NCBI GenBank assembly: GCA_963663805.2
Contig: CAXXMR010000013.1
Coordinates: 192,001-256,000 of the forward strand
Reading direction: 5' to 3'
Source: Sedimentisphaerales bacterium
Lineage (GTDB): Bacteria > Planctomycetota > Phycisphaerae > Sedimentisphaerales > SM23-30
DNA length: 64,000 bases
This document shows positions 20,840-29,662 of the stretch, one piece after another. The stretch's first letter is position 1. The number at the start of each line of letters is the position of its first letter. Both the position numbers and the translations under genes were made by a program. The notes under the pieces are model-generated. The model was not told the DNA's origin. It worked only from the letters and a program-made list of their open reading frames with translations, and searched no databases.

Positions 20840-21735
20840 CTGCCCTTCTCACTGCTCTTGAACCTATCCGGGTCGATTTCCGCCAGGGTTCTGGCCCGCC
20901 AGTGCAGATCACGTTCAATGGGCAAGCCCAGCGGTCCGCGGATCTCTTCCAGTTCACCCAGCATGAAATAGCCCAGTTCTCGCTCCATGCCATCTACCAG
21001 ACCGAAATAGCGAAAGTCAATTTCCCGACCGGATTCATCCTGAACCGGCTCTCCCTCGAGCACATACCAGGTCCAATTCGCATCCGGAGTGAAGAATTTG
21101 CAATGCACTACGGCTTTTCCGCCCTTGCCGTCCTGGCTATACAGAGGCGGCAGATTCTCGCGTATCTCCGGAGGCAGCAGTTTCATGCCGCGCCGTCGGT
21201 CGTTTTCCGCGACCTTTTTGGCCCGTTCGACAGCCGCGGTATTACCCACACATATCGTCTGCTGTGAAGATAGCCCCAGTTCCGCGGCCATACCGGAAAG
21301 ATATTCCGCCATGTTCTCGGCTTGGTCATTCCTGCTGAGCGGGTCAGATTCACAGGCCGGGATCGGCGGCGTCAAGATCTCCACCTGATCCGCCTCCAGT
21401 TCGATGACACACCTGCCGTTTTCCGGGCTGTACCATTCGAAATACGGATAATCGACATAATCCACCGGTTCCTGTCCTGCGGTCATATCACCTACCTTGC
21501 CGGTCTGTCGCTGAGCGAAACCTTCCAGATACTGTTTCGCCTGATCCGCATTTCTGGTTTCACCATCACCTCGCAGCCTAACCTTAGCGCCGCGAATATC
21601 TCGATGAAAATTCCCTTCCAAATCAAAAACTATCTTTTCTTCCATTCCGGTAAACCGCATCCAGCCGCTCACCTTACCCGGCATACCGTTATCCAGTACA
21701 CCCTCAATCAAATAACTCGTTGGTCTCCATGCCAT
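20836..21735 (-). CDS. DUF2958-domain protein with extra N-terminal domain
   Basis: C-terminal KFFTPDANWTWY...FGLVDG...ELGYF.L.EL...GPLGLPIERDLHW; start MAWRP with AAAGGAAGG SD. Confidence 0.8.
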   Translation of the reverse strand: MAWRPTSYLIEGVLDNGMPGKVSGWMRFTGMEEKIVFDLEGNFHRDIRGAKVRLRGDGETRNADQAKQYLEGFAQRQTGKVGDMTAGQEPVDYVDYPYFEWYSPENGRCVIELEADQVEILTPPIPACESDPLSRNDQAENMAEYLSGMAAELGLSSQQTICVGNTAAVERAKKVAENDRRRGMKLLPPEIRENLPPLYSQDGKGGKAVVHCKFFTPDANWTWYVLEGEPVQDESGREIDFRYFGLVDGMERELGYFMLGELEEIRGPLGLPIERDLHWRARTLAEIDPDRFKSSEKGR

Positions 21736-22078
21736 AATGACACCTTCCTTTCGTTTAGTCAGACCGCCTTGAAACACCAAAGGCACATCTGCCGCTTTCA
21801 ACAGATGTGCCTTACCAGAAAAAAACGTCAATAATATTTTTAACTCAATGCCCTCTCTCTCCGACTCACTCAAAAAACTCGAATCAGTCCTTTTTCAGAC
21901 CTTATTCGTATCCCTAGAAAAATCCCGGCTGTCTTCTCAGCCTGATACAGTTTATCGTCGGGCGTTCGCTTCATACTGACCGATCCCAAGATCAGCTCTT
22001 GCATGTGCGTTCAATTACGTCCCGAGTTTGAGCAAAACCAGGTTTTGTCTTAAATTATTAGCTGTAAACATACCGTTC

Positions 22079-22093
22079 TTTATAAAACTTACG
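22079..22093 (-). promoter_or_regulatory. BRE-TATA-like motif CGTAAGTTTTATAAA
   Basis: Matches the archaeal promoter consensus; points into the non-coding leader of the DUF2958-Ubl gene string. Confidence 0.5.
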
Positions 22094-22095
22094 CC

Positions 22096-22281
22096 TCAGC
22101 CGCATGGAGTATCTTCGTGCGTATTACTTGCTGATTTCTGATGTCTGGGCGTAAACTTCCTGCCGCATTCGTTGCAGCGTCTGATCTTCCTCAACCCCAA
22201 AGTGCGGGTCTGGCGAGTGCCTTTTTTATGACTGCTGGTACTGCCGCAATACGGACAGCGGTGCGGCCTGCCTCTTCCCAT
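22096..22281 (-). CDS. Small zinc-ribbon protein (IS1 InsA-like finger)
   Basis: CPYCGS...KKG...CNECGRKFT; GAGGTGAT SD before ATG at 22281. Confidence 0.75.
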   Translation of the reverse strand: MGRGRPHRCPYCGSTSSHKKGTRQTRTLGLRKIRRCNECGRKFTPRHQKSASNTHEDTPCG

Positions 22282-22315
22282 GAATATCACCTCACGAGAC
22301 CTCTGACAGCCCAGC

Positions 22316-22330
22316 TATATAAATCTTTGC
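22316..22330 (-). promoter_or_regulatory. BRE-TATA-like motif GCAAAGATTTATATA
   Basis: About 25 nt upstream of the GAGGTGAT SD of the zinc-ribbon gene. Confidence 0.5.
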
Positions 22331-22339
22331 TTTTTTCCA

Positions 22340-23476
22340 CTACATCGGTCCCGGCATCATCTCCGGCGGGCCGAAACCACCAAAAAACATACTCCCGGGC
22401 GCAGGCATCATCTCCTGCATCTCTTCCAGTTCCATCTGCTCCTGCTGCATCTGCATAGATTGATCCATGGGCAAGCCAATCGCCTGATCGATGGCCTGCT
22501 CGATCTCCTGGGCGGCTGTATCCATCATAGGGCCCGCCGGATTCTCTGGTTCAGCGTAAGTGAGTCCTCCCAGGCCAAATGATTCGAAGGCATCCGGCCC
22601 CGGCGTACCAGTCATTTCCGGCATTGCCTGGCCCTCGTCAATAACCTGCTCCAGCCCTGACATTTCGGCATAGGTTTCGCCCTCCGGCTGAGACAAAACC
22701 GACTCCAGTCCCGATCCCCCTAAATCAGCTGCAGGCAAATACGGCGCCAGATGTCCGGGAATTTGCATAGGCATCGGCTCATAAGGCAAATCATCATCCA
22801 TATACGGGTCCACACCCAGGCGATGTCTGGACTGACCGGAAACCCCGAAATACTCCGGCTGAGGGCACCACTCCTCATGATCCAAAAACTCATGAAATGC
22901 CTGCCGCAGATTCTGAATATCCTGGTGGTCAGACGGCAGAACCTTATGCAGCTGCCTCCAGGCATCCATTACATCGTTGAACTCCGGCAGGTTATCCGGA
23001 TCGAGTATACCGTTTACACTGTCTTCGGTCTTTGGGGCGAAGGCCTCGACAGATGGTTCCTTGATGAATCTGTCCACTGAAACAGGTTCCTTTTGATAAC
23101 TCTCCTCCAGCCAATCGAGGAAAAACTTGTCATAAATAGATTCCCATGACAACTTCGGCTCCTCCTCTTTTTCCTTCAGTTCCGGAAAAGGCTTGAACAG
23201 CGGCATCTCGTTATCAGCCCCAGGTAAATCCAGATCCCAATTACAGTACGTTTCGTATTCCTGATTCTGAACCGCCGGGGCGTTCAAGCGAGGCTGGTAC
23301 TCATCTTTGTTATCCCAGCCATAAAGCCGATGGTCTCTCCTGGGCCCATACGATTGCACAGCTCCAGCATATTCCGGAATCTGGATACGACCTCTGGAAA
23401 TACCGCGCGGCTGCATACCGCCGCCGCGTTTACTGTATTTGTGTAATTCATTTCTCAGACTGGGCAGCATGGTCAT
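22340..23476 (-). CDS. Acidic Pro/Met-rich, largely disordered hypothetical protein
   Basis: 378-aa ORF, AAGGAG SD, divergent from cdc6. Confidence 0.7.
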   Translation of the reverse strand: MTMLPSLRNELHKYSKRGGGMQPRGISRGRIQIPEYAGAVQSYGPRRDHRLYGWDNKDEYQPRLNAPAVQNQEYETYCNWDLDLPGADNEMPLFKPFPELKEKEEEPKLSWESIYDKFFLDWLEESYQKEPVSVDRFIKEPSVEAFAPKTEDSVNGILDPDNLPEFNDVMDAWRQLHKVLPSDHQDIQNLRQAFHEFLDHEEWCPQPEYFGVSGQSRHRLGVDPYMDDDLPYEPMPMQIPGHLAPYLPAADLGGSGLESVLSQPEGETYAEMSGLEQVIDEGQAMPEMTGTPGPDAFESFGLGGLTYAEPENPAGPMMDTAAQEIEQAIDQAIGLPMDQSMQMQQEQMELEEMQEMMPAPGSMFFGGFGPPEMMPGPM

Positions 23477-23637
23477 AGCCGAACTCCTTAAAAGTATAGA
23501 ATAACAAGTCCGATCGATTTTAGCATAAAAAGTCTCCTACAGATGATTTCAGCATGCCTTTGAAATGACATCTCACTGAACATAAAAATGAGAGTACAAA
23601 ACGGCAGGCAAAATCTTCTGGCCCTCCCAGAGCAGAC

Positions 23638-23798
23638 TTCCAGTGGAACTCGCTATCAATAACAATATAAACATTATCATATTATTATTTTCTATATGGA
23701 AATACTTCAAGCTGATTGCCGGTAACTCCTGAGCGGTGATAACAAAAACTCCAAAATCGACAACCCGTTATCGAAAAACACCGTTTCCACTCGAAAAC
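23638..23798. other. Putative archaeal-type replication origin (two ORB-like boxes flanking an AT-rich unwinding element)
   Basis: TTCCAGTGGAAC at 23638-23649 (+) and TTCGAGTGGAAAC at 23783-23795 (-); AT-rich tract ~23655-23710; directly upstream of orc1/cdc6. Confidence 0.65.
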
Positions 23799-23818
23799 TA
23801 CTCTCATCCTGCCCCCAG

Positions 23819-23865
23819 CGAAACCTTTATATACAAGTACCTCCAGTAAAGGCATCTGGAGGTGA
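23819..23865 (+). promoter_or_regulatory. BRE-TATA-like motif, inverted repeat and SD of cdc6
   Basis: CGAAACCTTTATATA (23819-23833); ACCTCCAG-9 nt-CTGGAGGT inverted repeat (23839-23863); GGAGGTGA SD. Confidence 0.55.
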
Positions 23866-23872
23866 AGTTCTC

Positions 23873-25114
23873 ATGGAACATCCCAATGTCAAAAACAAGA
23901 TAATCAATCAGATCGAACACATGGTTCAGTCCGCCATCATCCTCAACCGGCGGTTCCTGGACGATGAACAGCTCATCCGCTCCGAACAGCTGGCTGTACT
24001 GGAAGAAATCTTCAACGCCAATGTTCGCGATGCCGAAATCAAGGAACTCAGCTGCCATTTCGCGGGTATCCTGCGGCAGGACCACCCTTGCCACCTGGCC
24101 ATCTGGGGCAAGACCGGAACCGGCAAGACCCTGACCATCAGCTATTTCCTGAACCTGCTTTCTCAGATGTGTCACCGCCGGAACATTCCGATCCGCCATG
24201 TCCACTTGGATCTTTCCAACCCTCGGCCCTGCTTTCGGGCCCTGAACGACCTGGCCTGCCTGCTCAACGCCAGTAAACGCTACGAAAAAGGCATCTCTCT
24301 GGAAGAAATGATGTTCAATATCGAATCCCGACTAGCCCGATACAAAGGTTATCTGGTCCTGTTCATCGACGAAGTGGACAATGTCCGGCATGACAAGAAC
24401 AACTTCATGACCTTCCTGGTCCGTCGCCTGCCCCAGAATATCCCCGCCAAACTCATCCTGGTACTGGTATCCAACAAACTCGACTGGCCCGATCATCTCG
24501 ACCCGCGGGTAAAATCGTTTCTCAAACTCAATGAACTGATCTTCAAACCTTATAATGCCGTCGACCTCCAGCATATTCTCCGAATACGGGTAGACAAGGC
24601 CTTACACCCCGATGCCCTGGAACCCGGAGTGATCGAAAAAATCGCGGCCCTGGCCAGCCGCGAACATGGTGATGCCCGCAAGGCGGTGGCCCTGCTGGCC
24701 CGCAGCGCTTATCTGGCCGAAAAGACCGGTTCGCAAATAACCTTGGATACTGTGGATAGAGCCTCCACGGAACTGGAAATGGACCGTTATCTCACTCTGC
24801 TGCGCAGTGCTCCTCAGCAGCTCCAGGCCGCTATGGCGGCGGTAATCGAAGGCATCCGGCACAGCCGCTCCTCGCTGATCGCCAGCGGACAGGCCTACGA
24901 TACCTATAAATCATTCTGTCATCGCGTCAACCTGCGGGTAATCACCGCCCGGGTCTTCGGTGATCTGATCGCTGAACTGGATATGTATTCCCTGCTGCGC
25001 AGCCGTATCATCTCGCGGGGCCGCTACGGCCGTACCCGGGAAATTACCCTGGAGCTGCCGTCGGAAATGACCGATCGCATCTACCAGACCATCCTGTCCA
25101 GTTTCGACAGCTGA
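23873..25114 (+). CDS. cdc6: Orc1/Cdc6-family replication initiator (AAA+ plus winged helix), archaeal type
   Basis: Walker A GKTGTGKT, Walker B FIDEVD, LDPRVKS, FKPYNAVDLQHILRIR, sensor-2 HGDARKA and C-terminal wing SRGRYGRTREI. Confidence 0.9.
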   Translation: MEHPNVKNKIINQIEHMVQSAIILNRRFLDDEQLIRSEQLAVLEEIFNANVRDAEIKELSCHFAGILRQDHPCHLAIWGKTGTGKTLTISYFLNLLSQMCHRRNIPIRHVHLDLSNPRPCFRALNDLACLLNASKRYEKGISLEEMMFNIESRLARYKGYLVLFIDEVDNVRHDKNNFMTFLVRRLPQNIPAKLILVLVSNKLDWPDHLDPRVKSFLKLNELIFKPYNAVDLQHILRIRVDKALHPDALEPGVIEKIAALASREHGDARKAVALLARSAYLAEKTGSQITLDTVDRASTELEMDRYLTLLRSAPQQLQAAMAAVIEGIRHSRSSLIASGQAYDTYKSFCHRVNLRVITARVFGDLIAELDMYSLLRSRIISRGRYGRTREITLELPSEMTDRIYQTILSSFDS

Positions 25115-25125
25115 CCTTTACAAAC

Positions 25126-25140
25126 CGTAAATTATATATA
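25126..25140 (+). promoter_or_regulatory. BRE-TATA-like motif CGTAAATTATATATA
   Basis: Spacing would place a start site at about the ATG at 25164, which has no clear SD (leaderless-like). Confidence 0.45.
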
Positions 25141-25163
25141 TCAGTGTGCCCGTAAGGTCCCGT

Positions 25164-26219
25164 ATGAGACTCGAAAGCTTAGATTTTAACCTCTATGTCT
25201 GGCAGGAAACGCTCCTGCCGGACTTCATGCTCGCATTTGCGTTCTTTACGGCAATTTCATATGCGGTCCTGGGCAAGCGTCTGGAAAATCAACGCGCGGC
25301 CATAACGATCTCGGTTTGTTTCGGTACCGCGCTATCCCTGGGGCTGGTATGGTGGCTGCAAAACCGCGGGCTTTCCGTAAAGAATCTCGGGCCTATCTCC
25401 GCGGGTTTCATTATTCTGGTCCTGGCCTTGGTAATCTATCAGGCCATTCGCCGGATCGGAGGCAATTGGGCCGGGGCCGGACTGGCTCTGGGGGTCTGTC
25501 TGCTGATCGCTTCTATAATGGGGGAATCCTGGGCTGTCGATCAGCAGGCGATTTCCTCAATAATGACCACAGCTCTTATAGTGGGCATCATAGCCTTGCT
25601 TCTGCGCTCACATAATCACGCGCAGCTTTTCCTGAATCCTGCCGCAAAACCGGACATCTCCGATCTCTATCGCAATCGGCGTATTTCCCGGTCTCTGCAG
25701 CGCAACCTGAAACGCCTGGAACAGGGTAACGCTCCTCTCGATCGACAGGCAGACGAAGCCGGTAATGTCCTGCTGCAAATACAACGCCTGCTGCCCGCCG
25801 AGGGCTATCTTACCGAACGCATGGCCCAACTGCGCGCCCAGGCCCATCGTATGCGCAAGGGTCATCTGGCCCGTCTGGAAGAGACCAGAGATATCTGCCG
25901 TCAATTACCCGCCGGAAAGAAGAAGGCGGCCTCCGAACTATTGGCCCAGCGTTACCACCAGATGGCCGGACTCGATATCCGTCTGGAACGTCTGGAAAAG
26001 TCGGTATCGGATATTGAACTGGAGATTCGTGAACTTACCCGACAGGCCCAGAATTATGCTCGAAACTATAACCATCAGGCCATGCTGACCTGCCTGAAAC
26101 GGGCGGAAAAGCTCCAGAAACACAACACCCATATATTCAAACTCATCACCAGAACCGAGAACAAACTCTCAGCTCTGGCTCGACAAACCGCTCGGGAGGT
26201 AACCAAAAATGGGAAATAA
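25164..26219 (+). CDS. Multi-pass membrane protein with C-terminal coiled coil
   Basis: About five hydrophobic segments, then a long helical charged region. Confidence 0.75.
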   Translation: MRLESLDFNLYVWQETLLPDFMLAFAFFTAISYAVLGKRLENQRAAITISVCFGTALSLGLVWWLQNRGLSVKNLGPISAGFIILVLALVIYQAIRRIGGNWAGAGLALGVCLLIASIMGESWAVDQQAISSIMTTALIVGIIALLLRSHNHAQLFLNPAAKPDISDLYRNRRISRSLQRNLKRLEQGNAPLDRQADEAGNVLLQIQRLLPAEGYLTERMAQLRAQAHRMRKGHLARLEETRDICRQLPAGKKKAASELLAQRYHQMAGLDIRLERLEKSVSDIELEIRELTRQAQNYARNYNHQAMLTCLKRAEKLQKHNTHIFKLITRTENKLSALARQTAREVTKNGK

Positions 26220-26604
26220 TACGGAATTAGCCAGTATAAGGCCGGCAAATGAACCGCCTTATCAAAACCAGAAGGAACGGCAGATAGGCCGTCTGCTCGA
26301 CAGTTACGGTCTGCCCTTCTTTTACCGGCAGCCGACCCTGGTATATCATGACCACAAAAACGAAATCTGGCGCCCGTCCTTTACTTTAAATCAAGACGGC
26401 GGGGCCGTGATAGACTATCTGGACAGCCCCAATCCAGCTGTTCTGGAACAACGAATCGAGATATACCGGTATAATCAGATACCCGCCACTGTGCTTGGCC
26501 CCCGCAGCCTGGAACAACCCAACTGGCAGCAGGATCTCTATCTTAAGTTGCGTCAGTCACTTAGAAAACCTGATTATAGTCTGGACCATTACCTCCAGAG
26601 TTAG
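26209..26604 (+). CDS. Hypothetical protein, possibly a degenerate PD-(D/E)XK fold
   Basis: GGAGG SD, overlaps the upstream stop; ERQI..LL...F.Y.QP...W.P.F.L...IDY pattern. Confidence 0.6.
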   Translation: MGNNTELASIRPANEPPYQNQKERQIGRLLDSYGLPFFYRQPTLVYHDHKNEIWRPSFTLNQDGGAVIDYLDSPNPAVLEQRIEIYRYNQIPATVLGPRSLEQPNWQQDLYLKLRQSLRKPDYSLDHYLQS

Positions 26605-26607
26605 GCA

Positions 26608-28725
26608 CTAGGAGATGTCCAGCCAAGTCTGTAAAATAATCGCTGCCGAGTCGCTCATTCCCGCATTTTCCAACGCTCTGCTGCAAGCGGCCGCGGCGGC
26701 CGGAGAGGTAGCCAGCATGATCATCTTATCGAATCTGCCCTTTCTCATATTCTCCAGGTTGGCCTTGATATCGGATTTTCCGGTCTCGACTTCTATCGCT
26801 ATGGTTTCCCCGGGCCGGCTGGCCAGAAGATCGATCGCCCCGTTGCCTTTGACCGGATGTTCCAGGGCAACCTCATAACCCTGCTGTTCATAATGACTGC
26901 GAACATGATAGACCCACCAGCGATGTTCCAGGCTCTCACGCGGTACTGGTCCAGGTTCTAGATGCTGGTCCTGGCATACCTGTCTGCCCGGCTCCGTGAG
27001 CTGATACAGCACCACCTGGCCGGTCCTAGTGGCGATGACCACCCGCTCGATTATGCCTGCCGACTCCATTGCCTGACGGATGGCATTGCCCTTGCGGCGG
27101 GAGAGACGCAGCCTCTGATACCGGTTTACTGTAGTAGAAAGAGGGTGAGTGATGATATCCATCAGGAAGCGATTTTCCTCCTTGTTGAATTCCTTTACAG
27201 GAATTTTATTCGGGATATCAGAAGTTTCTTCAGCCGATACTTCTGATATCAGGGGTACTGGTGGGTGGGGATATTCTGTATGATCTTTTTTATCGATAAT
27301 TTCTTTATTATCCGGTTCGGGAATGGCTGTAATCGGCTCTGAATTGGATAAACCCGGCTGATTATCGCTGGTATTTCCGGTAAAACTGTTAAAACGCCTC
27401 CGGACCATAGAATCACCGACCTGGCCGCTTTTAATCCGGGAAAGGGGTACTTTAATCAGGAATCCCTGCGAGAATTCATCCGCCGCCCGGACCACCGCAG
27501 TACCGACCGGCAGGGTACTCAAAGACTCTTTCTGGACATCCGAAAGGTTCATGGCGCCGGCGATAGTCTGGACGTCACTGCGAAGCTTCTGGCTCAGGGC
27601 GACGGTCGCATAAGAATTGGCAAAGGCCACTTTACTCAATAGTGAAGCGGACTGATCGATGAATACATAACCGATCCCGTATTCCCGAATCATCCGAATG
27701 CTGGTCTCTAAAACCGATTCTTTCGACTCGGCGGATTTCTTGTGCAGCAGGTTATGAGCCTCTTCCAGAATGATCATATTGGTGAGTTTCTGCTGCGGCC
27801 CCTGACTGAGCCGATAGCGGTACAGGTACAAAGTCAAGGCCTCGGAAAAGAGCACCTTGTCGTTGGCGCTGCTGAGGCCGTCCATCTCCAATACGACATT
27901 ATAGTCCAGCAGAGCTGCGACTTCCCGATTGTTCTGGGTATCGAGCACTTTACCGAACTCACCGAAGAGCAGGGACAAAAGAATACGCTCGGCACTGGTC
28001 TGCCACAACGCCGCTCGACCCTTGAGCTTACTGCTCCGCAGCCAGCCGAGCAAATCTTCTACCGTGGGCCATTGCCGAGGCCTCTGTTCATAAACACCGT
28101 ATTGCCGGTACAAATGGTCCAGACCCGAGATCAGCAGACTGATCACGCCCTCCCCGCCTAGATAGGCCTGGGCGATGATATCGACGATCAGCTTGATCCA
28201 CAAATTGGGTTCACAACCCGGAGGCGGAATGAAAGGATTGAACCGAAAAGGAGCGACATTCCGGCCGATAGTGTAAACCCGCAAATCCTCATGATGCATA
28301 GCCAGGTCACGATAACTGCGCTTCCAGTCGATGGCCAGCACCTTCAGGCCGCTCCGCATGATTCCTTCCATCAGTACAAAAGCCAGGTTGGTTTTGCCGG
28401 CCCCGCTGCGCCCGCAGAGCAGGATATGCTCCCGCAATCTCTCTTTTCGCAAACAGAACGGGTACAGATCCGCACCGCCGTAATGGACCTTACCCAGCTC
28501 GATATCCCCGGATTCACAGAACTTCCGGGACGGCGGCGGGAACGGATTGGTATCGGCCTCATAAGTTTTACCCAAATACTTGGCCGCCAGTAATTCCAGG
28601 GTCTGCTCGATATCGCCCCGGCCTTTAAGATCGGATTCGGCCAGATAGGCCCGCCACAGACGGTCGATTTTCCGGCCCAGAACCGGTTTCAGCTGCCGGC
28701 ATAACTCCTGCATCCGGGTGATCAT
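26608..28725 (-). CDS. HerA/DUF87-like ATPase fused to C-terminal winged helix and PD-(D/E)XK-like nuclease
   Basis: HILLCGRSGAGKT, IDWK, ILEEAHNL and IREYGIG..FIDQ; tail EHRWWV...IDLLA...IAIEVETGKS. Confidence 0.82.
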   Translation of the reverse strand: MITRMQELCRQLKPVLGRKIDRLWRAYLAESDLKGRGDIEQTLELLAAKYLGKTYEADTNPFPPPSRKFCESGDIELGKVHYGGADLYPFCLRKERLREHILLCGRSGAGKTNLAFVLMEGIMRSGLKVLAIDWKRSYRDLAMHHEDLRVYTIGRNVAPFRFNPFIPPPGCEPNLWIKLIVDIIAQAYLGGEGVISLLISGLDHLYRQYGVYEQRPRQWPTVEDLLGWLRSSKLKGRAALWQTSAERILLSLLFGEFGKVLDTQNNREVAALLDYNVVLEMDGLSSANDKVLFSEALTLYLYRYRLSQGPQQKLTNMIILEEAHNLLHKKSAESKESVLETSIRMIREYGIGYVFIDQSASLLSKVAFANSYATVALSQKLRSDVQTIAGAMNLSDVQKESLSTLPVGTAVVRAADEFSQGFLIKVPLSRIKSGQVGDSMVRRRFNSFTGNTSDNQPGLSNSEPITAIPEPDNKEIIDKKDHTEYPHPPVPLISEVSAEETSDIPNKIPVKEFNKEENRFLMDIITHPLSTTVNRYQRLRLSRRKGNAIRQAMESAGIIERVVIATRTGQVVLYQLTEPGRQVCQDQHLEPGPVPRESLEHRWWVYHVRSHYEQQGYEVALEHPVKGNGAIDLLASRPGETIAIEVETGKSDIKANLENMRKGRFDKMIMLATSPAAAAACSRALENAGMSDSAAIILQTWLDIS

Positions 28726-29327
28726 AATTCATCACCCGCATTCTCCTGCAGAATAGCCAGTTTACGGTAGGCGCTCAGATAATTCTGGGCGTTCTCCGGC
28801 AGAACCAGACGCAGCCGGGAGATGTCCTGCCACAGCTTCACCCGTTCCTCACGCTGGTCACTGTATAATTGATCCAGACGCTTATTGAGGGCATATTCGA
28901 CCTTGGCATCGGCCGGTCCATGATAAGCTTCATGCTCGTGAAAACTGTTGATAGCCGCGCATTTGGACAACTCCAGGCCATACATATTCTCCCGATAGAT
29001 TTCCCGGCGATGCCGTACCTGGTCAATCAGGTCATCCAGTCCCAGCCAGGCGGTATGGCTTTTATCGGTCAATAAGGCGGTTTCATTGTCGCCGCGAGGA
29101 GTGGCCAGATACCCTCGTTCGATTACCTGTTCCACTGTCTGCAGGTGCGGAAAATACTTTCTGACGTGCCCCAAACTCGAGAAATCGTATACATTCGAGG
29201 TGCCGGAATCAGTAATTACCGGTTCATTTTTTCCCGGCCAGAGGTACAGATAGTGCAGTCCGGCAGCGTAAAAATAGGGAACATAACTGCCGCGATCCTG
29301 GTGCCGAAAAGGTTTGCTGGGGTTCAT
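28722..29327 (-). CDS. Hypothetical protein coupled to the HerA-like ATPase
   Basis: 201-aa ORF with ATGA overlap to the ATPase. Confidence 0.7.
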   Translation of the reverse strand: MNPSKPFRHQDRGSYVPYFYAAGLHYLYLWPGKNEPVITDSGTSNVYDFSSLGHVRKYFPHLQTVEQVIERGYLATPRGDNETALLTDKSHTAWLGLDDLIDQVRHRREIYRENMYGLELSKCAAINSFHEHEAYHGPADAKVEYALNKRLDQLYSDQREERVKLWQDISRLRLVLPENAQNYLSAYRKLAILQENAGDEL

Positions 29328-29375
29328 TTTATTATCAGATTGAATATCTCCTCAGCGGTAGTAAACCCGGCAGCA

Positions 29376-29447
29376 TTTATAAAACTTTCGCTTGCTGTCG
29401 CTACTTTCGAGGGTAAACAGTCGTTCAGGCAGCGCAATATTTATAAA
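29376..29447. promoter_or_regulatory. Divergent pair of BRE-TATA-like motifs
   Basis: CGAAAGTTTTATAAA (29390-29376, -) and CGCAATATTTATAAA (29433-29447, +), each ~22-25 nt before an SD-like sequence. Confidence 0.55.
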
Positions 29448-29482
29448 TCCAAAGGCATTCATTTCTGCCGAGGTGATCTATT

Positions 29483-29662
29483 ATGAACCGCAAAGAAATA
29501 TTACTCAAAAATATCCGCCGCAAAGCCCATAAAGAAGCTGCCTTACTGGCCGGTGAATTCGCCCGGGCGGCCTCTGTAGAAAGAGAAGAAATCCTCGCCG
29601 CCCTGGAAACCGAGCAATGGCTGGCCCAAGCGACGGCGGATTGCCTGGAGATTTTTTGTTAA
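29483..29662 (+). CDS. Small helical hypothetical protein (59 aa, below the ORF-track cutoff)
   Basis: MNRKEILLKNIRRKAHKEAALLAGEFARAAS...CLEIFC; GAGGTGAT SD. Confidence 0.65.
   Translation: MNRKEILLKNIRRKAHKEAALLAGEFARAASVEREEILAALETEQWLAQATADCLEIFC

Noticed and set aside
21970..22020. Twister ribozyme- or tmRNA-like similarity
   Set aside because: Only short partial matches (e.g. TCCCAAG); the required conserved elements and pairings could not be assembled.
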